Shown here piece after piece: positions 19,407 through 28,687 of a stretch of 64,000 bases of DNA; position 1 is the first letter of the stretch; the number at the start of each line of letters is the position of its first letter. The position numbers and the translations under genes are program-made. The stretch comes from Methanocella sp. (GTDB taxonomy: Archaea; Thermoproteota; Bathyarchaeia; Bathyarchaeales; Bathycorpusculaceae): NCBI GenBank assembly GCA_050261115.1, contig JBLNCY010000057.1, positions 60,576 through 124,575 of the forward strand, given 5' to 3'. Under the pieces are notes generated by a model. That model was not told the origin of the DNA, did not search any database, and saw only the letters and a list, made by a program, of their open reading frames with translations.

Positions 19407-19526
19407 TGTTTATTCACCGTATGTTATGGAACATGGTAACCCCTGTTTTGCCTATTTAAATCATCGAAGAAGAGACAAACCCATACAGGGGGGAGGTGCC
19501 TGAAAGTAAAAGTAAAAATAGGTATC

Positions 19527-19757
19527 TTATGCTTGGTTAATTTGCCGTTTGCGTAGCTCTTTTTGTTGTTGAATAATCACGTTCGCTAACGAAGCTAAGA
19601 ATATTACTGCAAACGCAAAGATGGCGATGCCTATTTTGTAGCTAAAATCGATGTCTAAGGCGAAAAGCGCCAGCACCGTAATAAGCGTCAAGGCTAAAAC
19701 AAGCGCTTCTTGAACGGTACCAAACACCCTGGTTGTACTACCAAAACTCAAGCCCAA
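19527..19757 (-). CDS. Small 2-TM membrane protein
   Basis: Two hydrophobic helices plus charged tail; GGTGA immediately upstream of the TTG. Confidence 0.6.
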   Translation of the reverse strand: MGLSFGSTTRVFGTVQEALVLALTLITVLALFALDIDFSYKIGIAIFAFAVIFLASLANVIIQQQKELRKRQINQA

Positions 19758-19879
19758 TCACCATTTACTCATGTTGAGCTCCTGCGCGAAATATTAATTT
19801 ATTGCAAAAAATAATCCCTTCTGCCGGTTATCTTTATAGAATGAAAAGTGAAGTAGCTGAAAAGAGAGTGTTTGTTGGT

Positions 19880-20101
19880 TTAGAAGCCGTTTACAGCTGC
19901 TTCTTTGACTCGGCTTTCAATGAATTGGGGCCACTTTTTCTTCGCTGCAATTCCGTTCGTTTTCTTGATCGATGAGTTGCTGTTTCACGGTGCAAGTAGT
20001 TTCTCGACATCTACTGGTTTTAGGAGGTGTGCGTCTGCGTTTTTATTTAGGGATAGCGTTTTGAGGGATTCAAGTTTCTTGTTCAGGTCGTTGGAAGTCA
20101 T
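19880..20101 (-). pseudogene. Possible degraded small hydrophilic ORF
   Basis: ATG at 20101 after GGAGG; in-frame TGA at 19985-19987; frame continues to TAA at 19880. Confidence 0.3.
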
Positions 20102-20112
20102 GAAAGAAACCT

Positions 20113-20468
20113 CTACCTCCCCGTTTTTACCTGACCCTCGATAGCCATCACTGCGAGTTTAACGTATTTTTCAAAGGTTAAGTCGGGTACGAGCCATTTA
20201 GGTCCCGTCCATTCATAGTTGCATTGGACCTTGTCGTATAGGTACTTCATGATTAAGATTTCAAGTTGTTTTACTGCTTGGCCGAAAAAAGCTTCTATAG
20301 CTTGCTTGAAGTCTTCTATTCTATCAGGGATTCCTTTTTTTGGTAAGCCTAATTTCGTTCGACGATTAAAGTATAGAAAATTTCATGTTTTTGGCCTAGT
20401 CGGTGAAGGCTAAGTCTATGGCATCTAGCAGCGCTGCTTCGAATTTATTTCATTTTTGTTTTTGCCAA
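20113..20468 (-). pseudogene. Frameshifted small alpha-helical protein of a family common in Bathy-/Thaumarchaea
   Basis: Fragments KFEAALLDAIDLAF and KLGLPKKGIPDRIEDFKQAIEAFFGQAVKQLEILIMKYLYDKV, separated by a stop and frame disruptions. Confidence 0.55.
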
Positions 20469-20791
20469 TGCTTCCATCACGACTTGATCTGTACTTTCAG
20501 CCATCCAGTCGACTTACTACCCATAGAATGCTGGTTGGAATAAAAGCTTATGAATCCAAAATCAACACTATCGGTGTGTCCACAGGGCTCAGGATAGGCT
20601 CGATTAATTCCTTTGGGTCGCCTGGTGATGTTGTTTTTGTGCTCCCAGAGGGGTTAAAGCCTGCAAAAGTTGCCAGTGATTGGTAAATCGGGGCATAGTT
20701 GATCCATTAAAGTATAAGCTTTTATACGTAGGTTACTGATGGATGTTCAAAACAAGGGTATTCGCTTACGTGAGAGGGGTGAGAAGACTAA

Positions 20792-23700
20792 ATGCCGTAT
20801 ATCAAAAAAATCGAGTTAAAAGGCTTTAAGTCTTTTGGGCCGCAAACCGTTAAGGTTAACTTTGACAAGGGTTTCACAGCGATTACTGGCCCCAACGGAA
20901 GCGGAAAATCTAACATCATGGACTCACTGCTCTTTGCGCTAGGAGAGCTATCTACTCGCCGACTCAGGGCAGAAAACTCGGCGAAACTAATTTTCCATGG
21001 TTCTGAAAGGTCGAACCTAGATAAGGCGAAGATGGCTAAAGTCGTGGTGCAATTTGATAATTCTGATGGCTTGATGCCTGTTGATACTAACACCGTCACC
21101 ATCAGCAGAGAAGTTTACCGTAACGGTCAAAGCGTCTACCGCCTCAACGGGCGCCGCATGAGCCGCGCCATGGTAACTGAGACGCTGTCAATGGCTGCGG
21201 TTAGCACTATGAGTAACAACATCCTCCCCCAGGGCACCATCACCCGACTTACCGATCTAACTTCGCTTGAGCGCCGAAAAATTATCGAGGACCTCATTGG
21301 TATTGCTCAATATGACAGTGAGAAAACTGAGGCAGAAGAGAAGCTTCGGGCCGCAGACATTTCGATCCGCACGGCAATGGGCCGCATCGACGAAGTGCAA
21401 AAACGCCTCGATGATTTGGAGCGTGAGCGTAACCAGTTACTGCGCTATAACTTTATTCAGGCTGAGACGAAAAAGTTCCAGGCGATCAAAGTTTCCGCAG
21501 ATATAGCGGTACAGAACCAAAAGGTTGCCGAGGGCGCTAAGCAGGCTGAAATTGTTACGTCTCGCCTAGACAAGTTGCGTGAGGAGCGTGACCTGCGCCG
21601 TAATCGTCGGCATGAGATCGAGGGAGACTGGCGTAAACTTAGCGGCGAAGGCTTAGAACAGGGTGGCTCGGAAGTTCTGAAAGTTCAAATCCGCATAGGT
21701 GAATTAAAATCCAAACTCACAGAGCTTAATTCCAAGATTAACTCTGGCCAGGCCAGCATAGACAGCTTCAAACGGGTTAGAGAGAACAACTTAGCCCAGC
21801 ATGAAGCCTTGCATAATGAAATCCGCGAGAACCGTCTCAAGATTCGTCAGCTCAACGCTGAATTGGTAAAGATAAACGGCGAATTAGCTCAAAAGCAAGC
21901 TCAGCATGAAGCGCTTGCCAAGGAAACTTCGGCGCTTTGGGAGAACCTTGACGGTAACAACCAGCAGATCCGCCAATTAGAGGGTCAAATAGAGGGTTAT
22001 GTTAAGCGGTTGGCTTTCTTGCGTTCTGAGTATAAGCAGGATAAGGCTGCCTTGCGGCTTTGTGTTGGCAGAATCAAGAACCTCTCTGCTCGTAAGGAGA
22101 AATTTATTGCTTCACAAGCTGAAATCGAGAAATCCCTCTCCGAGCTTGAAGCTGTTCAGCGTGACCAAAAAGCCCAACTCAAGAGCCTTGAGCATTTAAT
22201 TGAGAAGAAAAAGATTCAGAAGGAAACGGTTCAACGGGAGATTGAGGAGGCTGAAAAAATCGCTACCTCGGCTAAGGAGGCAGTGGTTGAGTTTGCGACT
22301 CAACGTGACTTGGCGGCTACGATTGCTGCAGAGGAGAAGGCGCTGCGGGGCATCGAAGAGATGGGAAACGTCGGCGCAATCGATGGCATTCATGGTCGGC
22401 TGCGGAGCCTTGTCAAGATTGATAAGAGCTTCAAGAAAGCAATCGATGCAGCATCCGCTGGCTGGCTTGATGCCCTTGTCGTTAAAGACATTGACGTCGC
22501 GTTTACCTGTACTGAGACGCTTCGTCGTATGAAACTGGGTCGGGTTAAAATCATCCCCTTGCAGGGTGTAAACAAAGCCAAGAATAAGCCGGCGCCTAAA
22601 CGTGAAGGTGTCCTAGGGCCCCTAAGTAGTTTTATGAAGTATGACGCTGCTTACGAGTTGGCGGTGAACTATGTCTTCGGCGACACCATAGTTGTCTCCA
22701 ACGACAAAACCGGGTTTGCGCTCTCAAACGAGGGTTACCGCGCTGTCACAGTCAACGGCGACGTCTATGAGCCGGGTGCATTTGAAAGCGGCTATTACCG
22801 GGCACCCATCGATTTCAGCACAATTATCCCAAGCGAAAACGCCCTAAAAAGCCTCGACGAAGCCGTTAAGGCACTTCAAACCCACCTATCGCAGCGCGGC
22901 ACAGACATCGCCAGCATCGAAGAGGATCTGGATCGATCTAAAATCGAGATGGCTCGCCTGGCAGAGGGTATTGCAACCCTTGACCGTGAAATCATTCGCA
23001 TACGCCGAGGCATCAAGCGCACCCAACTCAACATTCGTCACATCGAAAAATACGGCGGCAAACTAGAGCGTGAGGCAGCCGCATTTAAGGGTCGCATGAC
23101 CGTCTATAAGAATGAACGGAACAACATCAAGAGTAGCCTCAAGAAGTTACATACCCAGATCGCTGAACTCAGGCTAAAGACTGACGTAGCTCACATTCAA
23201 GAGCTTGAAGTCCAACGCGAAAAATATGGCGAAGAAGCCAACACACTGCGCCAACGTTTAGGTTCGCTGCAGACGGAGATTAACACAAACCAGTCTCAAT
23301 TTGACCACGTGCTCCGAGTTGGCTACAAGAATGCCAAAATCCAACTTACCAAAATCGATCAACAGCAAGAAAAACTGCAAAAAGAAGTCTCTGACGCCAT
23401 AGCCGAACGCGATGCAATAAACACTGAGGTAGCTGCGTTAGAGAAGAGCCGTATTGAGTTATCCAATGCGGTTTTGTCTGCTAAGGAGGAGGCTAAAAAG
23501 TTTACCTCCCAAATCGATCAAATTGATGCTGAACTGCGAACGCTTGATGCGGAGTATGAGCAGGCAGACAAATTAGCTAACCAATTGCATCTGAGTATGG
23601 AGACTGCGCAGATTCGTTTGCAGCAACTGCAGGCTCAGCTTAAGCAGTACGGCTATGATCAGCCGCTGGAGACCAACCTGCAGCAGGTTACAGACGCTGA

Positions 23701-24352
23701 AACAACCATTCGTATGATGCAGTTCGAGATGGATCGCATCGGCGCCGTAAACCAGCTTGCGGCTCAGCACTATGTTGAGCAAATTAGTCGTTACAAAGAG
23801 CTCTCGGTTAGGTTAAACGAGCTTGAACGTGAGAAGCAGGCTATAGTTGCGTTTATGGATGAAATCGAAGCCAAAAAACGGCGGGTTTTCATGACGGCGT
23901 TCGATAAAATCAATGCCAGCTTGTCGGTATACTTTAAAAAGATGACTGGCGGCGGTAGCGCAACGCTTAAACTCGAGAATCCAGAGGAGCCATTCACTGG
24001 CGGCATCGACATGATTGTGCAGTTCCCCAACAAACCCAGCATCGTCGTGAGCGGCGCCTCAGGTGGGGAGCGCTCTATTTCAGCGGTTGCATTCATTTTT
24101 GCATTAAAAGAGTTCTCGCCAGCAGCGTTCTATGTGCTAGACGAAGTTGACGCCCACTTGGACGCCTTCCATACCACTCGGCTGGCAGAAACTCTGCTTG
24201 AAGAAGCGCAGCAGGGTAAAACGCAGTTTATTGTTATCAGTCTGCGTCCAGAAATGGTCAATAAGGCCCAGAAAGTCTACGGTGTCTATGAACGTAACGG
24301 TGTTTCTGCAGTGGTCACCGCCAAGTTCCCCCCTGAGGAGGCGGCTGCCTAA
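20792..24352 (+). CDS. smc: Chromosome segregation protein SMC
   Basis: LKGFKSF, GPNGSGKSN Walker A, central hinge, GAVN motif, SGGER signature, LDEVDAHLD Walker B/D-loop, long coiled coils. Confidence 0.97.
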   Translation: MPYIKKIELKGFKSFGPQTVKVNFDKGFTAITGPNGSGKSNIMDSLLFALGELSTRRLRAENSAKLIFHGSERSNLDKAKMAKVVVQFDNSDGLMPVDTNTVTISREVYRNGQSVYRLNGRRMSRAMVTETLSMAAVSTMSNNILPQGTITRLTDLTSLERRKIIEDLIGIAQYDSEKTEAEEKLRAADISIRTAMGRIDEVQKRLDDLERERNQLLRYNFIQAETKKFQAIKVSADIAVQNQKVAEGAKQAEIVTSRLDKLREERDLRRNRRHEIEGDWRKLSGEGLEQGGSEVLKVQIRIGELKSKLTELNSKINSGQASIDSFKRVRENNLAQHEALHNEIRENRLKIRQLNAELVKINGELAQKQAQHEALAKETSALWENLDGNNQQIRQLEGQIEGYVKRLAFLRSEYKQDKAALRLCVGRIKNLSARKEKFIASQAEIEKSLSELEAVQRDQKAQLKSLEHLIEKKKIQKETVQREIEEAEKIATSAKEAVVEFATQRDLAATIAAEEKALRGIEEMGNVGAIDGIHGRLRSLVKIDKSFKKAIDAASAGWLDALVVKDIDVAFTCTETLRRMKLGRVKIIPLQGVNKAKNKPAPKREGVLGPLSSFMKYDAAYELAVNYVFGDTIVVSNDKTGFALSNEGYRAVTVNGDVYEPGAFESGYYRAPIDFSTIIPSENALKSLDEAVKALQTHLSQRGTDIASIEEDLDRSKIEMARLAEGIATLDREIIRIRRGIKRTQLNIRHIEKYGGKLEREAAAFKGRMTVYKNERNNIKSSLKKLHTQIAELRLKTDVAHIQELEVQREKYGEEANTLRQRLGSLQTEINTNQSQFDHVLRVGYKNAKIQLTKIDQQQEKLQKEVSDAIAERDAINTEVAALEKSRIELSNAVLSAKEEAKKFTSQIDQIDAELRTLDAEYEQADKLANQLHLSMETAQIRLQQLQAQLKQYGYDQPLETNLQQVTDAETTIRMMQFEMDRIGAVNQLAAQHYVEQISRYKELSVRLNELEREKQAIVAFMDEIEAKKRRVFMTAFDKINASLSVYFKKMTGGGSATLKLENPEEPFTGGIDMIVQFPNKPSIVVSGASGGERSISAVAFIFALKEFSPAAFYVLDEVDAHLDAFHTTRLAETLLEEAQQGKTQFIVISLRPEMVNKAQKVYGVYERNGVSAVVTAKFPPEEAAA

Positions 24353-25077
24353 TGTCATCGACTACTACACAGACCACCAGCGTTATGCGGCGACCTTTCT
24401 ATTTGCGTCCGCCTTGGAACGTCCTCTTTGAGCTTAGCAAGCTTGAGAAGCTTACCCCTTGGAATGTCAACATAGCATATTTGCTGCGTACGTTTCTTGC
24501 TGAAATGGAGAAGCATGTGGGTCCTGAGACGGTGGACTTCCGTGCATCAGGTGTAGCGTTGGATTCTTCAGCTTTAATTTATCTTATGAAATCCAAGTTA
24601 CTGCTTACCCTCCAAGAACCTCCTGCTCCGCCTCCGCGTGTACCAACCGATTTCGTGCCGCCGCCACTCTTTCTGCCTCTAAGGCATGAACTCACCTCAA
24701 CTACCATTCAGCACTTACTCGAAGTATTAGATGAGGTCTTAAAGGGCGAAAAGCTCCTCAACCTAGGCCATAAAATAGAGCCGCACCCTATCCTGCCAGC
24801 AGTCACCGACTTACTGCCAAAATTTGACAAGTTCATAGCTGAGCTTGAAATTGAGGTCGATAAACTCTACAGTTATCTTATTGAGTGCACGGGCGGACAG
24901 GGCATCATTGACTTCACAACATTAATCAAGGGCAAAACACGCATTGAAGCCTTAAGGTTGTTCATCTACCTGTTGTTCCTTGCACAGGACGGAATGGTTA
25001 GCCTCTGGCAGAACGAGGAAACCGAGGAACTCTATATAGCTGTGGGGAAATTAAAAGTTGGAAAACCAACCGCTTAA
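24352..25077 (+). CDS. scpA: Kleisin ScpA
   Basis: LTPWNVNI, DFRASGVAL...KSKLL, FIYLLFLAQDGMVSLWQ; directly after smc. Confidence 0.88.
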   Translation: MSSTTTQTTSVMRRPFYLRPPWNVLFELSKLEKLTPWNVNIAYLLRTFLAEMEKHVGPETVDFRASGVALDSSALIYLMKSKLLLTLQEPPAPPPRVPTDFVPPPLFLPLRHELTSTTIQHLLEVLDEVLKGEKLLNLGHKIEPHPILPAVTDLLPKFDKFIAELEIEVDKLYSYLIECTGGQGIIDFTTLIKGKTRIEALRLFIYLLFLAQDGMVSLWQNEETEELYIAVGKLKVGKPTA

Positions 25078-25900
25078 TCAAGACCAAACCACACAGGGCA
25101 TACCAGCCGATACCAAAGCGCCAGCTACCGATGAACCTGCACAAGCAGAAGCGCCAAAAGACGCCCGAGCACCCCAAACTCCATTGCCCTCTCAATCCAC
25201 TCAAAAGGCTGCTTCTGAGGCTGACTCTGGCGTAGAAACTCCCGAACGCCAGGCTCGCGCACTTAATCTGCTTGAAGCCGCGCTCTACATTGCAGGTCGC
25301 CCACTTGATATAAACGAAATGTGCCAAGCCGTCGGCAGCCGAAGCAAAAAACGGGTCATCGGCTACGCTGAGGCTCTTATGGAGCAGTATAAAGCTCGAA
25401 ACAGTCCTATGGAGATTTTAGCGCTCAAAGATGAGCGTTACGTAATGCAGGTTAAGGCGGAGTATACGCCGCTGATCAAGAAGCTGGTTAATAGGCCTCT
25501 TCTGTCTTCGGGTCCACTCAAAACCCTCTCCTATATTGCTTATCGTCAGCCTATTACTCAGAAGCGTGTCATTGAGGTGCGCGGTCAGCATGCCTATGGG
25601 CACGTTAAGCTGCTAAAGGACATGGGCCTAATCATGACAGAGCGCAGTGGCCGGTCGCTGGCATTGAAGACCACCGAGTACTTTGCGGACTATTTTGGTT
25701 TGACGATGGATACTTCAGGTCTAAAAAAAGACCTGCGCAAGATTTTCGGTGAAGCAATCAAGGAAGATATGGCTGCGCGGGAACGTAAAGAGGCTGAGGA
25801 AGAGAAGCAGGCACTGGCTGAGATTGAGGAATCCGATAAGCAGGAGACCCCCCAGAGGCCAAGGGCGCCGCTTAGTTTCGAGGGGCCAAATCAACCCTAA
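25058..25900 (+). CDS. scpB: Kite subunit ScpB with low-complexity N-terminal extension
   Basis: LEAALYIAGRPL, LKTLSYIAYRQPITQ...RG, TTEYFADYFGL. Confidence 0.92.
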   Translation: MENQPLNQDQTTQGIPADTKAPATDEPAQAEAPKDARAPQTPLPSQSTQKAASEADSGVETPERQARALNLLEAALYIAGRPLDINEMCQAVGSRSKKRVIGYAEALMEQYKARNSPMEILALKDERYVMQVKAEYTPLIKKLVNRPLLSSGPLKTLSYIAYRQPITQKRVIEVRGQHAYGHVKLLKDMGLIMTERSGRSLALKTTEYFADYFGLTMDTSGLKKDLRKIFGEAIKEDMAARERKEAEEEKQALAEIEESDKQETPQRPRAPLSFEGPNQP

Positions 25901-25987
25901 CCATCCCCCACCCATTTTACCGATAAGTAGAGATGCGTATAGAAATTCTATTATCCCAGAATTAACGATAACTATCTTGTGCCCAAA

Positions 25988-26443
25988 ATGATAACCATAC
26001 CTCTGGATGATTTAGATAAAAAAATCTTGCGTGAACTGCAACAGGATGGTCGCATATCTTTTGCTGATTTGGGCCGCAAACTAGATGTTCCAGAGGCAAC
26101 CATACGGTTCCGTGTTAAGCGGCTAGAAGATCATCGGGTTATTACTCGGTTTACTGCTTTGGTTGATCCTTCCAAGGTTGGTATAGTGGTGAGTGGGGCG
26201 ATTTTGTTAAAGATTGATCCTGCTCATTTGGATGATGCATGTAAGCGGTTGACTGATTTTTGTGAGGTTGGGTATTTGTTCCAGAGTACGGGGGAGTATG
26301 ACATTGTGTCGGTTGTGTTTGCGCATGATTTAGAGGAGTTTAATGATGTGGTTAGGCGAGTGAAGTTGATTGTGGGTGTTAAAGATGCGCGTGTTTCGGT
26401 TACTACTCGGTTTTTGAAGAATAATCAGGAATTAACCTTCTAG
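25988..26443 (+). CDS. Lrp/AsnC family transcriptional regulator
   Basis: LDDLDKKILRELQQDGRISFADLG...RVKRLE; STGEYDI RAM domain. Confidence 0.9.
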   Translation: MITIPLDDLDKKILRELQQDGRISFADLGRKLDVPEATIRFRVKRLEDHRVITRFTALVDPSKVGIVVSGAILLKIDPAHLDDACKRLTDFCEVGYLFQSTGEYDIVSVVFAHDLEEFNDVVRRVKLIVGVKDARVSVTTRFLKNNQELTF

Positions 26444-26580
26444 CAGTTAATGTTGCTGCATTCGCAGTATAATGCATCATAGTTGTTTGTTCCATAACAT
26501 TAATAGGATTATTTGCCAAAATAGTGATAACCCCTAAGCTAAATTGATCTAACGTTAACCTTACAGCATTTGGTGAAATA

Positions 26581-27063
26581 TTGACTGCCCAACCTCGCCC
26601 CCTAACCGACGAAACTGACAGAAAAATACTCCAAATCCTCCAAGACAACTTCCCCCTAGTTGAACAACCCTACGAGCACCTCGCCCAGCAACTCAACTTA
26701 AATGAAACCCAAGTCATAGAACGACTAACCCGCCTAAGCCAACAGGGCATCACCCGAAAAATCGGCGCAGTTATCGACATAACCAAACTCGGATTAAACG
26801 CAACCACCCTCATAGCAGCAAAAGTTCCCCCAGAAAGAATAGACGTCGTCGCCGACGTAATCAACCAATACCCCCAAGCATCCCACAATTACCAACGCGA
26901 GAACGAATACAGCGTCTGGTTTACCCTCAAAGCAAACAACCTAGCCGAACTAAACGCACTCCTTGAGGAGATAGTGCAAAAGGCCTCTCTAAGCAGAGAA
27001 GACCTGCTTAATCTACCCACCAAGACCTGCTTTAAAATTGACGTAAGATTTGATGTGACCTGA
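26581..27063 (+). CDS. ahbA: Siroheme decarboxylase subunit alpha (NirD/L-like)
   Basis: LQDNFPLVEQPY, RKIGAV, SHNYQRENEYSVWFT. Confidence 0.88.
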   Translation: MTAQPRPLTDETDRKILQILQDNFPLVEQPYEHLAQQLNLNETQVIERLTRLSQQGITRKIGAVIDITKLGLNATTLIAAKVPPERIDVVADVINQYPQASHNYQRENEYSVWFTLKANNLAELNALLEEIVQKASLSREDLLNLPTKTCFKIDVRFDVT

Positions 27064-27074
27064 GGCACAGCTTT

Positions 27075-27539
27075 ATGGATGAAATCGATCGTAAACTTTT
27101 AGCTCAAACCGAAAAAGGCATACCGTTAACTTCTCGCCCTTTTGACCAAATAGCCCAAGAAGCTGGGATCTCTCCCCCAGAGGCTATTAGTAGGCTGCAG
27201 CGGCTCCAGAAAAGCGGCATAATCCGGCGATTTGGAGTTTCACTTATGCCCAATGGGGTGGGTTATTTGGCTAATGCATTGGTAGCTTGGAAAGTTCCCC
27301 CGCAACGCATTGCTTTGGTGGGAGAGTATTTTTGTAAGTGCAAGGAAGTGTCTCACTGTTACGAACGCGAAGTAGTGCAGGGTAGGTGGGATTATAACTT
27401 TTATACAGTCATACACGCCCAGCAACGTTCCACAGTGGAAGAAATGGTGCAGCGATTCGCCGCTGAAACATCCCTGAGTGAATACGCGATTCTTTTCAGT
27501 ACAAGAAACCTCAAGCTAAAGGAGAAAACGAAATGTTAA
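27075..27539 (+). CDS. ahbB: Siroheme decarboxylase subunit beta
   Basis: IPLTSRPF, IRRFG, NALVAWKV, VSHCYER, WDYNFYTVIH, LFSTR. Confidence 0.88.
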   Translation: MDEIDRKLLAQTEKGIPLTSRPFDQIAQEAGISPPEAISRLQRLQKSGIIRRFGVSLMPNGVGYLANALVAWKVPPQRIALVGEYFCKCKEVSHCYEREVVQGRWDYNFYTVIHAQQRSTVEEMVQRFAAETSLSEYAILFSTRNLKLKEKTKC

Positions 27540-28687
27540 ACATAACAAAACTCTGGTGCGGCACCCCCAGCTCAATGGATAACCTGCGCTACGGCAATCA
27601 TGTACACAAAAAACCCGTCGTTGTCTGGAACAGCACCCAACGCTGCAACCTCCAATGCATCCACTGCTACTCCAACTCAGAAAACAAAACCTACCCCAAC
27701 GAGTTAACAACCCAGCAGGCAAAAGACATGGTTATGGACCTGGCTAGCTTCGGTGCGCCTGTTCTGCTTTTTTCAGGCGGCGAACCTCTCCTTCGGCAGG
27801 ACCTCTTTGAAGTTGCCAAGATCGCCACAAGTAACGGTATACGCGCTGTACTCTCCACAAATGGCACACTAATCACCCCCGAAATCGCTGGGCAACTAAA
27901 AGATGCCGGGTTCTCATACGTTGGCGTAAGCATCGACGGCACCGAGCAGACCAACGACAGGTTCCGCGGCAGTCCCGGCGCCTTTAAAAAAGCAATTCAG
28001 GGAATTCGCAACTGCAAAGCTGCAGGCGTAAAACCGGGTTTACGTTTCACGGTAACCAAATACAATTATCCCGACCTGCTTGGCGTCTTTGATGTAATCG
28101 AGAAAGAACAAATCCCCCGTGTGTGCTTCTATCATTTGGCATATGCTGGCCGGGGCTCCTCGATTAGCAACGACGATTTAACCCACAGCCAAACCCGCGA
28201 ATTCATGGATACAATTCTTGAGAAAGCAGAAGAATTGCAGCAGAAAAATATAGACACTGAAATACTAACCGTCGATAACCACGCGGACGCTGTTTACCTT
28301 TACCTTAAACTCAAACAGAAAAACCCCCAGCAAGCACAGAGCGCTCTAGCGCTGCTTAGGCAGAATGGCGGTAACAGTTCAGGCGCTGGCATTGGTTGCA
28401 TAGACGCCCAAGGAAACGTTCACATCGACCAGTTCTGGCGCCACTATACCCTTGGCAATATTCTCGAGCGGAAGTTCAGCGATATCTGGACTGACAACCA
28501 GGAGCCAATGCTCCAAGCACTCAGAAACCGAAAACCCCACCTTCAAGGCAGATGTGCTAGCTGCCGTTTCCTTGACCTATGCAACGGGAACCTTCGAGTC
28601 AGAGCCGAAGCCATCTACGGCGACATCTGGGCACCAGACCCAGCCTGCTACCTAACCGACAAAGAAATCACCCAAGCAGGCATCTAA
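27533..28687 (+). CDS. ahbC: Radical SAM 12,18-didecarboxysiroheme deacetylase (Fe-coproporphyrin III synthase)
   Basis: KPVVVWN..CNLQCIHCY, RVCFYHLAYAGRG, LTVDNHAD, GNLRVRAE, PDPACYL. Confidence 0.88.
   Translation: MLNITKLWCGTPSSMDNLRYGNHVHKKPVVVWNSTQRCNLQCIHCYSNSENKTYPNELTTQQAKDMVMDLASFGAPVLLFSGGEPLLRQDLFEVAKIATSNGIRAVLSTNGTLITPEIAGQLKDAGFSYVGVSIDGTEQTNDRFRGSPGAFKKAIQGIRNCKAAGVKPGLRFTVTKYNYPDLLGVFDVIEKEQIPRVCFYHLAYAGRGSSISNDDLTHSQTREFMDTILEKAEELQQKNIDTEILTVDNHADAVYLYLKLKQKNPQQAQSALALLRQNGGNSSGAGIGCIDAQGNVHIDQFWRHYTLGNILERKFSDIWTDNQEPMLQALRNRKPHLQGRCASCRFLDLCNGNLRVRAEAIYGDIWAPDPACYLTDKEITQAGI

Noticed and set aside
19478-19500. AACCCAT...AGGGGGGAGGT as a further copy of the element
   Set aside because: Only a G-run and a half-palindrome with wrong spacing; too weak.
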